The notes under the pieces are model-generated. The model worked only from the letters and a program-made list of their open reading frames with translations, was not told where the DNA came from and did no database searches. The position numbers and the translations under genes are program-made. Below, in pieces: positions 26,977 through 35,894 of a DNA stretch of 43,604 nt. Position 1 is the stretch's first letter, and every line of letters starts with the position of its first letter. Source of the DNA: a bacterium (lineage in GTDB: Bacteria > Zhuqueibacterota > Zhuqueibacteria > Zhuqueibacterales > Zhuqueibacteraceae); assembly GCA_044869275.1 (NCBI GenBank), contig JBIOXB010000073.1:1-43604 (forward strand), read 5' to 3'.

Positions 26977-27867
26977 TCATATTACCAGTTCACCGCGTAT
27001 AATCGCCACTGCGCCACCGCCGACTTTAACGGTTTGAATATCGTTACGCGGCCCGACAATTTCAACCATTGCTTGGCCGGGGCGACTCATACCATGACCT
27101 TGCTCGGCGATGAATTGCGGTTTATCGATCAATCCATGATGCCACAAATAGGCCGCCATCCCGCCAGTGGCGGAACCGGTGAATGGGTCTTCGATCGTAT
27201 CCGGCGGCGTGCCAAAATGCCGCGCCGCGGTTTGTCCTTCGGGCGTGAATCCCTGCAAACAGAACAAATGCGGACTGAAGAAGTCGCTCTGAGCGCGAAG
27301 TTGATTGTAGGCGGGAATGTCGAGCTGTGCCCGGCGCAACGTGGCGAGATTGCGCACCGGAACCATCAGTTGTGGCGTGCCTGTGCTCACAGTTTGTAGC
27401 GGAGCGCCGGGAAGCGCATCGTCCGCATTCAAGCCGAAAGCAGGCAACACTTTTCCCGGAGCATAGGTCGCGAGAAACTGCGGCTTTTTCTGGGTCATGA
27501 CGATGCGCAGTACTTTGCCGCCAGCGCTGAAAATTTCCACCGCTATCGGCCCGACTTTCAGCTCCAATTTGATCATGGTATGATTGCCCTGCAACGGCAA
27601 GCGGCCGGAATCGATCAAAGCAAGAGTGGTGGCTATCGTCGGATGTCCGGCCAGAGGAATTTCTACTGCCGGCGTAAAGTAACGCACACCGAAATCGGCA
27701 ATCTTCGAGCGGCGCACGAAAGCGGTTTCGGAAAGATTCATTTCGCGCGCCAGGGCCTGCATCGTGGCCTCGCTCAACGCCTCGGTGTCAAAAATGACGG
27801 CGCAGGGATTGCCGGTCAGGGGGCGGTCGGTAAAGGCATCGACGAGCATATAGGAGAATTTGGGCAT
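26977..27867 (-). CDS. PhzF-family isomerase/epimerase
   Basis: VDAFT..GNP, NLSETAF, RYFTP..EIPLAGHPT, EDPFTGSA, EQG..RP. GGAGG RBS before the ATG at 27867. Confidence 0.9.
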   Translation of the reverse strand: MPKFSYMLVDAFTDRPLTGNPCAVIFDTEALSEATMQALAREMNLSETAFVRRSKIADFGVRYFTPAVEIPLAGHPTIATTLALIDSGRLPLQGNHTMIKLELKVGPIAVEIFSAGGKVLRIVMTQKKPQFLATYAPGKVLPAFGLNADDALPGAPLQTVSTGTPQLMVPVRNLATLRRAQLDIPAYNQLRAQSDFFSPHLFCLQGFTPEGQTAARHFGTPPDTIEDPFTGSATGGMAAYLWHHGLIDKPQFIAEQGHGMSRPGQAMVEIVGPRNDIQTVKVGGGAVAIIRGELVI

Positions 27868-27877
27868 GTTGAACCTC

Positions 27878-28525
27878 CTAATCATTCTCATGAAAGAGCG
27901 CGGGCTGAATGCGCGCCATCGCTTCCGCTACTTCTCGAGCATTGGCATCATCGCTTTTGCGCAGCTTTGCCATGACATTGGCAAAATCTTCTGCGTGGCG
28001 ATTTTGGCTCAATTTGAACTTGGCTTCGATTTTTTCGACTTTGATTCGAAATCCCACCAGCCCCTTCATTTCTTTCTTGAGGAATTCTTCCGGCAAGCCT
28101 TCAACCATGTACGGACTTTGCGGGTTGGCTACGGCCTCGTTCCGATCCACGAGTCTTTTCAGTATGGCACGAAGCTCTTCGTGATCCTCAATGATTTCCG
28201 GCTTGCCATAAACATGCGCCACCAGGTAATTCCACGTCGGGACATTCAGGTGATTGTACCAGCGCGCCGAAACATACGCATGTGCGCCGGAAAAAATCGC
28301 CAGCACGTTCTCGGAGGAATTGAGAGTGCGCCATTGGTGATTGCCTCGCGCGACATGGCCGTAAAGAAACTGCCCGCTGTTTTCCGTTTGGACAAATTCC
28401 AACGGCAGATGCGTAGCAATAGGCACACCTTTTTCACAGCTCACCAATACGGCAAAACTGTTATGCCGCAAAAAATCTGCGATGATTTTCGGATCGTTTA
28501 CGCGATAAAACTTAGGGATGTACAT
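27878..28525 (-). CDS. paiB: PaiB-family FMN-binding split-barrel protein
   Basis: MYIP, ATHLP, GHVARGN, AYVSARWY, VPTWNY, KFKLSQNR. Confidence 0.85.
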   Translation of the reverse strand: MYIPKFYRVNDPKIIADFLRHNSFAVLVSCEKGVPIATHLPLEFVQTENSGQFLYGHVARGNHQWRTLNSSENVLAIFSGAHAYVSARWYNHLNVPTWNYLVAHVYGKPEIIEDHEELRAILKRLVDRNEAVANPQSPYMVEGLPEEFLKKEMKGLVGFRIKVEKIEAKFKLSQNRHAEDFANVMAKLRKSDDANAREVAEAMARIQPALFHEND

Positions 28526-28674
28526 GGCGATTATCACGAAAATAGGGTTTGTAGTGGCTCCTTCAGGAGCCGGAGGTTCACTGCGCTGAGTGCCTGAAGG
28601 CACTACTACAATCCTTCAATTTCATCATGGTAGATGCCGTCTCACGACATGGCAACTCGTGCGCAAAAAATTTT

Positions 28675-29535
28675 TCAAACCAATCGCGCGATGGTCTCGG
28701 CAAAACGCGCTGGCGCCGCAGGGTCAGCGCGCAAGAAAAGGGCAGGCTCGATCAACTCCAATTCGATCAACAAGAATTGCTCTTCACGTTGCACACCGTC
28801 GGCGCGCGCATAAAGCAACGGCGGATCGACCCTCTGCAGAATTTCTTCCGCCTGGGCGATGAATTGCGGCGGCGGTGTGGCAGCGCGATAGCTGCCGCCG
28901 AAGTCGGTTTGTACACGAAAATCTCCCGCTTGCGGCTGTTTCAAAACCGCGTGGCTGAATTTTCCGCCGAAAAACATTAGCGACCATTCGCCGTGCGTGG
29001 TGATTTCCGGAACAAATTCTTGCACCAATGCGCCGGATTGGCGCAATATCGCGTTGAGTTGAGATTGATGCTCATGTGCCTGCGCCGGCGAAGTTTGGAA
29101 AGTCAAATAGGCCGTGGCAGAAATCGCGGGCTTGATCACGGCGTGAGCGAAATGATTCCGCTCTAAAATGGAAACCAGCGCACCCTCTGCTCCCGCTTCG
29201 AGCCAAACGGTTTGAGGAATGGACACGCCGCGCGCCGCCAGATCACGCAGATAGATTTTATCCATATTCCAGCGCACGATGCGGGCGGGATTCCACAAGG
29301 GGATATTCGACGAAACCAGGCGATCGATCCAGAGGCGAAAAGCCCTCGGTTTGTGATGATAATCCCAGCATGAGCGCAGAACGACTGCCTCAAAATCGCC
29401 CCAATTCATCGTGGCATCGTCCCACACGGTGGCCACGGCTTGGATTCCCAGCTTTCGCAAATACTCCGGCGCCAGGGCATCGTCTTCTGTCAAGTGCGGC
29501 TGTTTGGCGTAAGTCACAAAGGCGATTTTTTTCAT
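28675..29535 (-). CDS. ATP-grasp ligase (RimK/GshB-like)
   Basis: LRSCWDY, WNMDKIYL, IKPAISA, LVQEFVPEI..GEWSL, DFRVQ..FGG, YARAD, ELELIEPALF. Confidence 0.85.
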   Translation of the reverse strand: MKKIAFVTYAKQPHLTEDDALAPEYLRKLGIQAVATVWDDATMNWGDFEAVVLRSCWDYHHKPRAFRLWIDRLVSSNIPLWNPARIVRWNMDKIYLRDLAARGVSIPQTVWLEAGAEGALVSILERNHFAHAVIKPAISATAYLTFQTSPAQAHEHQSQLNAILRQSGALVQEFVPEITTHGEWSLMFFGGKFSHAVLKQPQAGDFRVQTDFGGSYRAATPPPQFIAQAEEILQRVDPPLLYARADGVQREEQFLLIELELIEPALFLRADPAAPARFAETIARLV

Positions 29536-29579
29536 GAGAACTTTTTTGCCCTGCGGGCTGTCTATGGCGGGCACTGCCG

Positions 29580-30503
29580 TCAAAAAACGTCGAGATCGCG
29601 TCCGGAGACTACTTTCCCATCATAGAATTGCCGAATTTCATTCTCCAGCTCTTCGTCCGTCGTGCCCCAAAACAACTGGTGGTAAAGCACCAGCAAGTCC
29701 GGCTTGACTTGATTTGCGATCTCCGCCAATTGTTTTGAAGAAGTGTGAAAATTGGAGTGATACCTTTGCCACACCGGCGGCCGTTTGGCAAAACCCGTGG
29801 TCGAATAAACTTCGTGAATGAGCACGTCGCAGCCCATGCTGTTTGCAATCAAAGCCGGGCTGGGTGTGCAATCGCCTGAAATCACAATCGTACGATCTCG
29901 CGTTTCAAAGCGAAGGCCGAACGCTTGCTTCCACGAGCCGTGATTCACCGGAAAAGCTTTGACGGTCACGTCTTGATCTTGGTAAATCACGCCCGGCGCA
30001 ATCTCGTGCACCACCACTTTATATCCGGTTTCATTCGCCGGCTCCAAGCCGTTGAGGCGAATGTCAATGTCTTCGGCATATGCTTGCACGATATGTTTGG
30101 TCATGGCTTTGAGGCCGGTGGGACCATAAACCGCGAGCGGCGCATCTCTTTCCAAAACCCAGGGCGTGAAAATCAAGTCGGCATAACCGAGCGTGTGATC
30201 GGAATGCAAGTGCGTGACAAACGCGGTTTGAAGATTTTTCACTTCCAGTCCCGCGACGCCCTTGCGCGCCGCCGCTGCCGCACGGCGCACTACGCCCGGC
30301 CCGAAATCTACGAGATAGGGTTTGCCATTCACCATGACGGCGACAGCGGGACCGGCGCGATCGGGATCGGCGTTCGGCGTGCCCGTGCCCAATAGAACGA
30401 TTTGTGTCGCCGCTTGGACTTGCGCTCGTGCGAAATTGGGCACAAGCGTAAGCGACAGCACCAGTCCAAGCGCGAGATGGCATGCAGGGGTCTTCATGAC
30501 CAT
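29580..30503 (-). CDS. Secreted MBL-fold metallohydrolase (RNase Z/AtsA-like)
   Basis: Signal peptide. LLGTGTP, LVDFGPG, THLHSDH, SGD, LIHE, HT, LYH. Confidence 0.9.
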   Translation of the reverse strand: MVMKTPACHLALGLVLSLTLVPNFARAQVQAATQIVLLGTGTPNADPDRAGPAVAVMVNGKPYLVDFGPGVVRRAAAAARKGVAGLEVKNLQTAFVTHLHSDHTLGYADLIFTPWVLERDAPLAVYGPTGLKAMTKHIVQAYAEDIDIRLNGLEPANETGYKVVVHEIAPGVIYQDQDVTVKAFPVNHGSWKQAFGLRFETRDRTIVISGDCTPSPALIANSMGCDVLIHEVYSTTGFAKRPPVWQRYHSNFHTSSKQLAEIANQVKPDLLVLYHQLFWGTTDEELENEIRQFYDGKVVSGRDLDVF

Positions 30504-30607
30504 TTACTTGAGATCGTTTTGCAGCTACTATCCAACGAGCCTTCGCCTCAAACCAGCGAGAAAAATCGCCCAGGGAATTGATACTCCCACGGAAGTATAT
30601 CTTGGAT

Positions 30608-31744
30608 TCAATTCCTTGGAAACGCGTTTTTGTCGACACCCGCCAGAATGCGCAGCGCGTTTTTGTAGTAGACTTTTTTCAAAACCTCATCGGGCAAGTC
30701 CAGGCCATACATTTTCCAAAAGGCATGGCGCTTGCGGTAATAGTCGAAATATTCGTCAGCGGTTTCGAATACTCGGAAATAAACATGATATTCCGCCGGC
30801 GCCCAAATATCTTTGCCCATCATAATGCGATCTTGATATTTGATGAACCAGGCGCGCGCGAAACGCGGTTGCCGGCCAATCTCCGCGAGCACGGCGCCGA
30901 GCTCGGTGTGCATGTTCGGATACTTTTCCATCAACTCTCCCAAGCGCGCCAGGTCGCCCCCGAGCCAGCCCAGATGCGCGTTGATAAAGGTCGTTTTGGG
31001 ATGCTTGCCAAAGAGGTGATGCTGCTCGCCCATCACTTGTTCCCACGTCGGAAACATATCCGGCGGCCGCGCGCGATCGGGAAATTGCTTGAGCTCGAGC
31101 CAGCGTTCGTTGAACCGATCGCTGGGATCGAAGAAGGGTCTGGGTTCGCCGGTGTGAATCAAGACCGGAATACCCAGCTCGCCGCATTTGGCCCACACCG
31201 GGTCGAAACGCGGATCGTCGGTGGGAATGCGCTGGCCGTTTTTGTCTTTTAATGTCAAACCGAGATTCTTGAAAATCTTCAGGCCGCGCGCGCCGTTTTT
31301 GTAATCCTGTTCCAGGCGCGCGGCAGCCTTCTGGCCGTAATCGGGATCATCAACGTCCTCAAAGCTCAAATTGCAAAAGACCACGAAACGATCGGGATAG
31401 CGCCCCACCATGTTTTTTACGACTTGTTTCAGCGTTCCTCCCGTGCCGCCGCTGAGATTGACCATTACGCGCATGTTGAGCTTATCCATTTCCTGCACCA
31501 GCGTATCCACCGCACCGGGCGACATTTTCGAAGATTGATGATTGTGCACGTCGATGAATGGATACCTGGCGCGCGTGACGGGGTGCTGCGGCACGACCAA
31601 AGTGGATCTCGGCTCATACTCCTCGATGCTCATCGTTTGCGCCTGCAACCGCAGAGGCAGGAGCGGGGACAATACCAGTGCCAAAATCTCCGGACGGGCA
31701 AGGCTCCAAAGATTTTTTCGAAAAAAATCACCGATGCGGCGCAT
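30608..31744 (-). CDS. Secreted amidohydrolase (Amidohydro_2 family)
   Basis: Signal peptide. IDVHNH, GLKI, PVLIH, INAHLG, MGKD, YYKNA. Start set at MRRIG, after the upstream stop. Confidence 0.85.
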   Translation of the reverse strand: MRRIGDFFRKNLWSLARPEILALVLSPLLPLRLQAQTMSIEEYEPRSTLVVPQHPVTRARYPFIDVHNHQSSKMSPGAVDTLVQEMDKLNMRVMVNLSGGTGGTLKQVVKNMVGRYPDRFVVFCNLSFEDVDDPDYGQKAAARLEQDYKNGARGLKIFKNLGLTLKDKNGQRIPTDDPRFDPVWAKCGELGIPVLIHTGEPRPFFDPSDRFNERWLELKQFPDRARPPDMFPTWEQVMGEQHHLFGKHPKTTFINAHLGWLGGDLARLGELMEKYPNMHTELGAVLAEIGRQPRFARAWFIKYQDRIMMGKDIWAPAEYHVYFRVFETADEYFDYYRKRHAFWKMYGLDLPDEVLKKVYYKNALRILAGVDKNAFPRN

Positions 31745-31787
31745 GATACTCTCGCGTTTGCCCCGGATCGCCAGGGTTGAGTTCGAA

Positions 31788-33374
31788 CTAATCGTTTGCG
31801 TCGAGCAGCCGGCGTGGATCATGGATCCTACCCGCTTTGATGACCAGCGCAATGTTCTGTGAATTTTTGATATTGTCAAGAGGATTAGCGCGAAGCACGA
31901 CCAAGTCGGCGCGTTTTCCGGCTGCAACCGTGCCGATTTCCTCTTCACGGCCGAGGGCGAGAGCGCCGTTGTGCGTGGCCATGCGCAGAACGTCTCTGGC
32001 CGCAATGCCGGCTGCCGCGAGCAGCTGCAATTCCTCGTGATAACTCACGCCGGGAATGATCCACGGCGTCGGGGTGTCGGTTCCAACCGCCAGCAGCACG
32101 CCGCGATCATGCAGCAGTTTTATGAAGGCCAGCAATTTGGGCCACTGCATTTGCGCGCGTTGATATTGCTCCTTGGTCCACGAAGCGGTGAAGCTGCCTT
32201 TAGGCCAGCCCCGGCGAAAAACTGCGGGTACCAAATCACTGTGGGGATGCTCCAAATAACGCGCGTCGTTTCCCCAGAATTTGCTGTGCATGGCAATGAG
32301 CGTGGGGTCAATGGCTGTACGATGATGCACCAGCGCCGTGATCAGCGTGTCAATGGCCGGTGCCTGCAGGTCGAGATGCTGCAGCCAATACACGCGCCCC
32401 CACAGCGTTTGTTGATAGGCCGCCCGTTGCGCTTCGGGCAGGTATTCGGGCGACCACGGCGCGGCATGGCACAGGGCATCAATGCCCAGCTCTGCCGCCT
32501 GCGTCCACGTCGTGCGCTGGAGATGGCCGATCACGCGCAGGCCGTGCTCATGCGCCGCTGCTATCGCGGTTTGCAGAAGATCGGCGGGCATGCTGGAATA
32601 AACTTTGATAAAATCCACGCCGGCGGTTGCCTGCCAGCGAATTTCATCGCGAACTTGTTCCGCGGTGGTGACAACCGCAAACGGTTCTGGATCGAACGAG
32701 GAGGCATTGAGTATGCGGCCGGCAGTCAAAATTCTCGGTGCGATGATTTTCTCGCGCGCCGCCAGTTCGCGCAACGTGATCGCCGCTTCCGTGGGCGCAC
32801 CCGGATCGCGCACGGTGGTAATGCCATGCGCCAGCAGCACGCGCAAAATTTTGAGAACGGCAGCGCGATCGTAGCGCGGCATGATGTTGCCATTCGCATC
32901 CCAGGGATGAAGCAGCGCGTGCGCATGCATCTCGACGTAGCCCGGAACGACATAATGCCCGCTCAAATCTATGACTTTCGAGTTCTCCTGCGGTTGGTAT
33001 TGCGCGGCAGGCGCAATTATCTCGATTTGTGAACCACGTATCGCCAGCGCCATGTCGGGCTTGATCGTCCCTGCCGCTGCCTCGATGATGACAACGTGAT
33101 TCAAAACGACGGTTTGCATTGAATCTGCCGCTGGAGTTTTGAGGGTAGCCAAAGCCGGGGAAATGCGGGTCAACAAACGCAAAGCATTGAAAGCAAGCGG
33201 CGTGAACTGCCGCAAGGCAGTTTTGACAATTGGGAAGTTTATGCCCCAAACCAATACGATGAAGGCCAGCAGTATTTCGACACCAGCGGCTTTTTCTCTT
33301 GCTGCGGGGATTTGTGGAGTGATGACCGCAGTGGGTTGCGATTGTAGTTGCCCTTGAGAAAGCATGTTGTGCAT
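31788..33374 (-). CDS. Amidohydrolase carrying an N-terminal EamA transporter fragment (chimera)
   Basis: IDLSGHYVVPGYVEMHAH, GITTVRDPG, VDFIKVY, GTD, GTVAAGKRADLVVLRANP. Residues about 31-67 (LVWGINFPIVKTAL..PLAFNALRL) are EamA-like. Confidence 0.85.
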   Translation of the reverse strand: MHNMLSQGQLQSQPTAVITPQIPAAREKAAGVEILLAFIVLVWGINFPIVKTALRQFTPLAFNALRLLTRISPALATLKTPAADSMQTVVLNHVVIIEAAAGTIKPDMALAIRGSQIEIIAPAAQYQPQENSKVIDLSGHYVVPGYVEMHAHALLHPWDANGNIMPRYDRAAVLKILRVLLAHGITTVRDPGAPTEAAITLRELAAREKIIAPRILTAGRILNASSFDPEPFAVVTTAEQVRDEIRWQATAGVDFIKVYSSMPADLLQTAIAAAHEHGLRVIGHLQRTTWTQAAELGIDALCHAAPWSPEYLPEAQRAAYQQTLWGRVYWLQHLDLQAPAIDTLITALVHHRTAIDPTLIAMHSKFWGNDARYLEHPHSDLVPAVFRRGWPKGSFTASWTKEQYQRAQMQWPKLLAFIKLLHDRGVLLAVGTDTPTPWIIPGVSYHEELQLLAAAGIAARDVLRMATHNGALALGREEEIGTVAAGKRADLVVLRANPLDNIKNSQNIALVIKAGRIHDPRRLLDAND

Positions 33375-33499
33375 AAATTATTTTGCGTGCGAGTGCCCCC
33401 TCGGGAAATGCAATAAATCACAAAGCTCGTCACCAACAACCCGACGGTGATGTCCCGGCGGAACGCAGAAAAAATTTGCCTTTGTTCAAATGACGAATT

Positions 33500-34027
33500 T
33501 CAGCGATGCAAAATAGGAAAATACACCTGCCACGGGCCGCTCGCCTCCTGATAGTGCTTGCACATCACCCGTGCGATTTGCGCGAGATGGCTGAGATCGT
33601 GCAGCACCCAGGTCGCCAGCAATTGGCGCAGCGTCACCGTGCCCAATTCGGGATGCGCGCCGCGCCGCGCCAGCTCGGCCGGCGTGATCTTCATCTGTGC
33701 AAGGGTCGTGAGGTTTCGGCTGCGCCACTGGGCGAAGGTGTCGAGCAAATCTTCCAAAGATCTGCCTTTGAATTTTTCAAATTGCGCGAAGCGGTCGAAC
33801 GGCTCGAACGGTTTGGACTCACCGTATTCCAAAATAATCTTCGCACGCGGTATCCAATCCGTTTCCTCGCCATGAATCAGATGGCCCACGACGACGTAAG
33901 GACTCCAGCTATCACCGCCTTCGTTTTGGTGCAGCCATTCATGGGACAGCCCACGCAGCAACGTGTTCAAGGTCGCCGGCGTGCGCGGTAAAATCTCCAG
34001 TGCATGGTCGAGTTGGAATTCTATCAT
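33500..34027 (-). CDS. DinB-superfamily protein
   Basis: WSPYVVVGHLIHGE, HPELGTVTLRQLL, HDLSHLAQI (three-His pattern). Confidence 0.9.
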   Translation of the reverse strand: MIEFQLDHALEILPRTPATLNTLLRGLSHEWLHQNEGGDSWSPYVVVGHLIHGEETDWIPRAKIILEYGESKPFEPFDRFAQFEKFKGRSLEDLLDTFAQWRSRNLTTLAQMKITPAELARRGAHPELGTVTLRQLLATWVLHDLSHLAQIARVMCKHYQEASGPWQVYFPILHR

Positions 34028-34050
34028 AACGTGCCTGCAAGATTTCAGAG

Positions 34051-34124
34051 CATTCACAATTATCAATTCGCAATTGTCAATTAATAATTGTGAATTGGCA
34101 ATTGTGAACTGTCAATTGTCAATG
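34051..34124. repeat. About 10 degenerate AATTGTS heptamers, self-complementary
   Basis: cattcac aattatc aattcgc aattgtc aattaat aattgtg aattggc aattgtg aactgtc aattgtc aatg. Confidence 0.85.
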
Positions 34125-34149
34125 AAGTTGGCCAATCTCCCCGCAGGCC

Positions 34150-34788
34150 CTACTTATTCCTGCCTGATCCTGAAAGTGCCGCGCCGACACCGAGTGCGAT
34201 ATAAAGGCTTCCAGTGAAATAACGCTGCATGCGCAAAAAACGCACATTGCCCTTCAGCCATTGACGCATCGTTCCAGCCAGCAAGGCGTAGAGGCTGTCG
34301 CTCAAGAAAGCCATGATCACGAAGATTCCACCCAGGAGCAGAATTTGCACCACCACACTGCCGCGCGAGGGATCGACGAATTGCGGCAAAAAAGCGAAGA
34401 AGAACAACGCGGTCTTTGGATTCAAAAGATTGACGAGCACGCCTTGACCAAAAATGCGTGAAAGTTTTTGCGGCGGGCGCGCCTTGGCCGTTTGTGCTTC
34501 TTCGCGACCACACAATTTGCGCACGCCGAGAAAAATCAAATATGCTGCGCCCAGGTATTTGACGATATTGAAAGCCAGGGCCGAGGACATGAGGATCGCC
34601 GAGATGCCAAAGGCCGCGGCGACCACGTGCACGAGGGTTCCGGTATTAATGCCCAAGGTCGAAACGATCCCCGCCGCGCGGCCTTGATCGATGCTGCGAG
34701 CAACAATATAAAACACGGCCGGGCCGGGGGTGAGCAGAAATACCAACGTCGTACCCATGAACAGAGCGAGAGTTGAGCTATCGAACAT
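34150..34788 (-). CDS. LysE/RhtB-family amino-acid exporter
   Basis: TPGP, GRAAG, KYLGAAYLIFLG, NLLNPK..FF. AGGAG RBS. Confidence 0.92.
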   Translation of the reverse strand: MFDSSTLALFMGTTLVFLLTPGPAVFYIVARSIDQGRAAGIVSTLGINTGTLVHVVAAAFGISAILMSSALAFNIVKYLGAAYLIFLGVRKLCGREEAQTAKARPPQKLSRIFGQGVLVNLLNPKTALFFFAFLPQFVDPSRGSVVVQILLLGGIFVIMAFLSDSLYALLAGTMRQWLKGNVRFLRMQRYFTGSLYIALGVGAALSGSGRNK

Positions 34789-34800
34789 AAGCACATTCTC

Positions 34801-34842
34801 CTTAATCCGCGAATATCCGCCTAATCCGTGTCATCCGTGGTC
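34801..34842. repeat. ATCCG short-period repeat (same family as 22376-22438)
   Basis: ATCCG at 34805, 34815, 34824 and 34833. AATCCGTGTCATCCG is identical to 22415-22429. Confidence 0.8.
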
Positions 34843-34870
34843 AAAGAAATATGAGGAACTGCTTTTGTCC

Positions 34871-35398
34871 TCAATCCCATCCCATGCGTTCGCGCAGGGA
34901 GGTGATGTGCGCCGTATGATGGCGGCCGTGCCAGGCATACAGACACAGCAGCCAATCCAGCGAGCGGAGGCCATGCTCAGGATGAATGAACATGCGTGCG
35001 AAATCATCCGGCTGCATCGCCTGCCACTGCAATACCCAACGGCGATGCAAGGCTTCCAATAAATTCAAGGAAAGATCGATTGGCGCGGTGCGTGCTTCCG
35101 GCAATTCCGCCCAAAGTTTTTCATTGTAGGCTTTGATGGCAGGTTGATTTTCGGTCAGAGCCAATTTGAGGCGCGTGTAGGCATTGAGATGGCTGTCGGG
35201 AATGTGGTGTACCACTTGCCGCGCCGTCCAGCCGCCCGGGCGATAGGGCGTGTCGAGCTGCGTTTCATTCAATCCTTTCACCGTCGCGCGCAGATTTCTG
35301 GGCGCCTCGGCTATTTGTTGAATCAATTCTCTCCGGCGTTGTGGCGAGAGATCTTCTTCCAATTTGAAGGGACCAATGGGATAACGCAGATCGGACAT
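34871..35398 (-). CDS. yfiT: YfiT/BstA-type DinB-superfamily thiol S-transferase
   Basis: DLRYPIG, LDTPYRPGGWT..QVVHH..DSH, LHRRW, YAWHGRHHTAHI. AGGAG RBS. Confidence 0.88.
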   Translation of the reverse strand: MSDLRYPIGPFKLEEDLSPQRRRELIQQIAEAPRNLRATVKGLNETQLDTPYRPGGWTARQVVHHIPDSHLNAYTRLKLALTENQPAIKAYNEKLWAELPEARTAPIDLSLNLLEALHRRWVLQWQAMQPDDFARMFIHPEHGLRSLDWLLCLYAWHGRHHTAHITSLRERMGWD

Positions 35399-35459
35399 GG
35401 TGGGGTCTCCTGAAAAATGCATGCTGGCAGCATGGGAAAAAGGACACTATTGGCAAACC

Positions 35460-35506
35460 TTACACGTTACACTTTACACGTTACACGTGTAAAGTGTAAC
35501 GTGTAA
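35460..35506. repeat. Perfect 21-bp inverted repeat built from TTACACG heptamers
   Basis: TTACACGTTACACTTTACACG, loop TTACA, CGTGTAAAGTGTAACGTGTAA. Confidence 0.92.
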
Positions 35507-35517
35507 ACAAGACACTG

Positions 35518-35877
35518 TCATATCCATTCCAATTTCTCAACCGTTCTCTCGTTACGCTGATCGCCCGTGTTCAGTGTGGAGATAGGCTCGAACAAAACGA
35601 CGTGAGCTTCTTCTTCGGCAACGGGCTTGTGCTCCACGCCTTTGGGCACGATGAAGAATTCTCCCTCTTCCAGCCAGAGGTCGCGGTCGCGCAACTTGAG
35701 ACAGAATCTGCCTTGCACCACGAGAAAGAGCTCGTCTTCCGCTTCGTGCTGGTGCCAGACAAATTCTCCTTTTAGTTTGACGAGCTTCACGTACTGGCCG
35801 TTCAATGCGCCGGCGATCTTTGGGCTCCAATGTTTGTCAATGCGGCGGAATTTTTCCTGGAGATTGACTTTTTGCAT
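35518..35877 (-). CDS. Cupin domain protein
   Basis: WSPKI, GEFVWHQHEAEDELF, VPKGVEHKP, NTG. AGGAGG RBS. Confidence 0.92.
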   Translation of the reverse strand: MQKVNLQEKFRRIDKHWSPKIAGALNGQYVKLVKLKGEFVWHQHEAEDELFLVVQGRFCLKLRDRDLWLEEGEFFIVPKGVEHKPVAEEEAHVVLFEPISTLNTGDQRNERTVEKLEWI

Positions 35878-35894
35878 GTGAGTGCCTCCTTTGT

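Noticed and set aside
20983..33032. Long plus-strand ORFs (e.g. 22889-23893, 24563-25768, 31971-33032)
   Set aside because: Antisense shadows of well-supported minus-strand genes in GC-rich DNA.
34051..35506. CRISPR array
   Set aside because: Units are 7-10 bp and contiguous, with no unique spacers and no cas genes.
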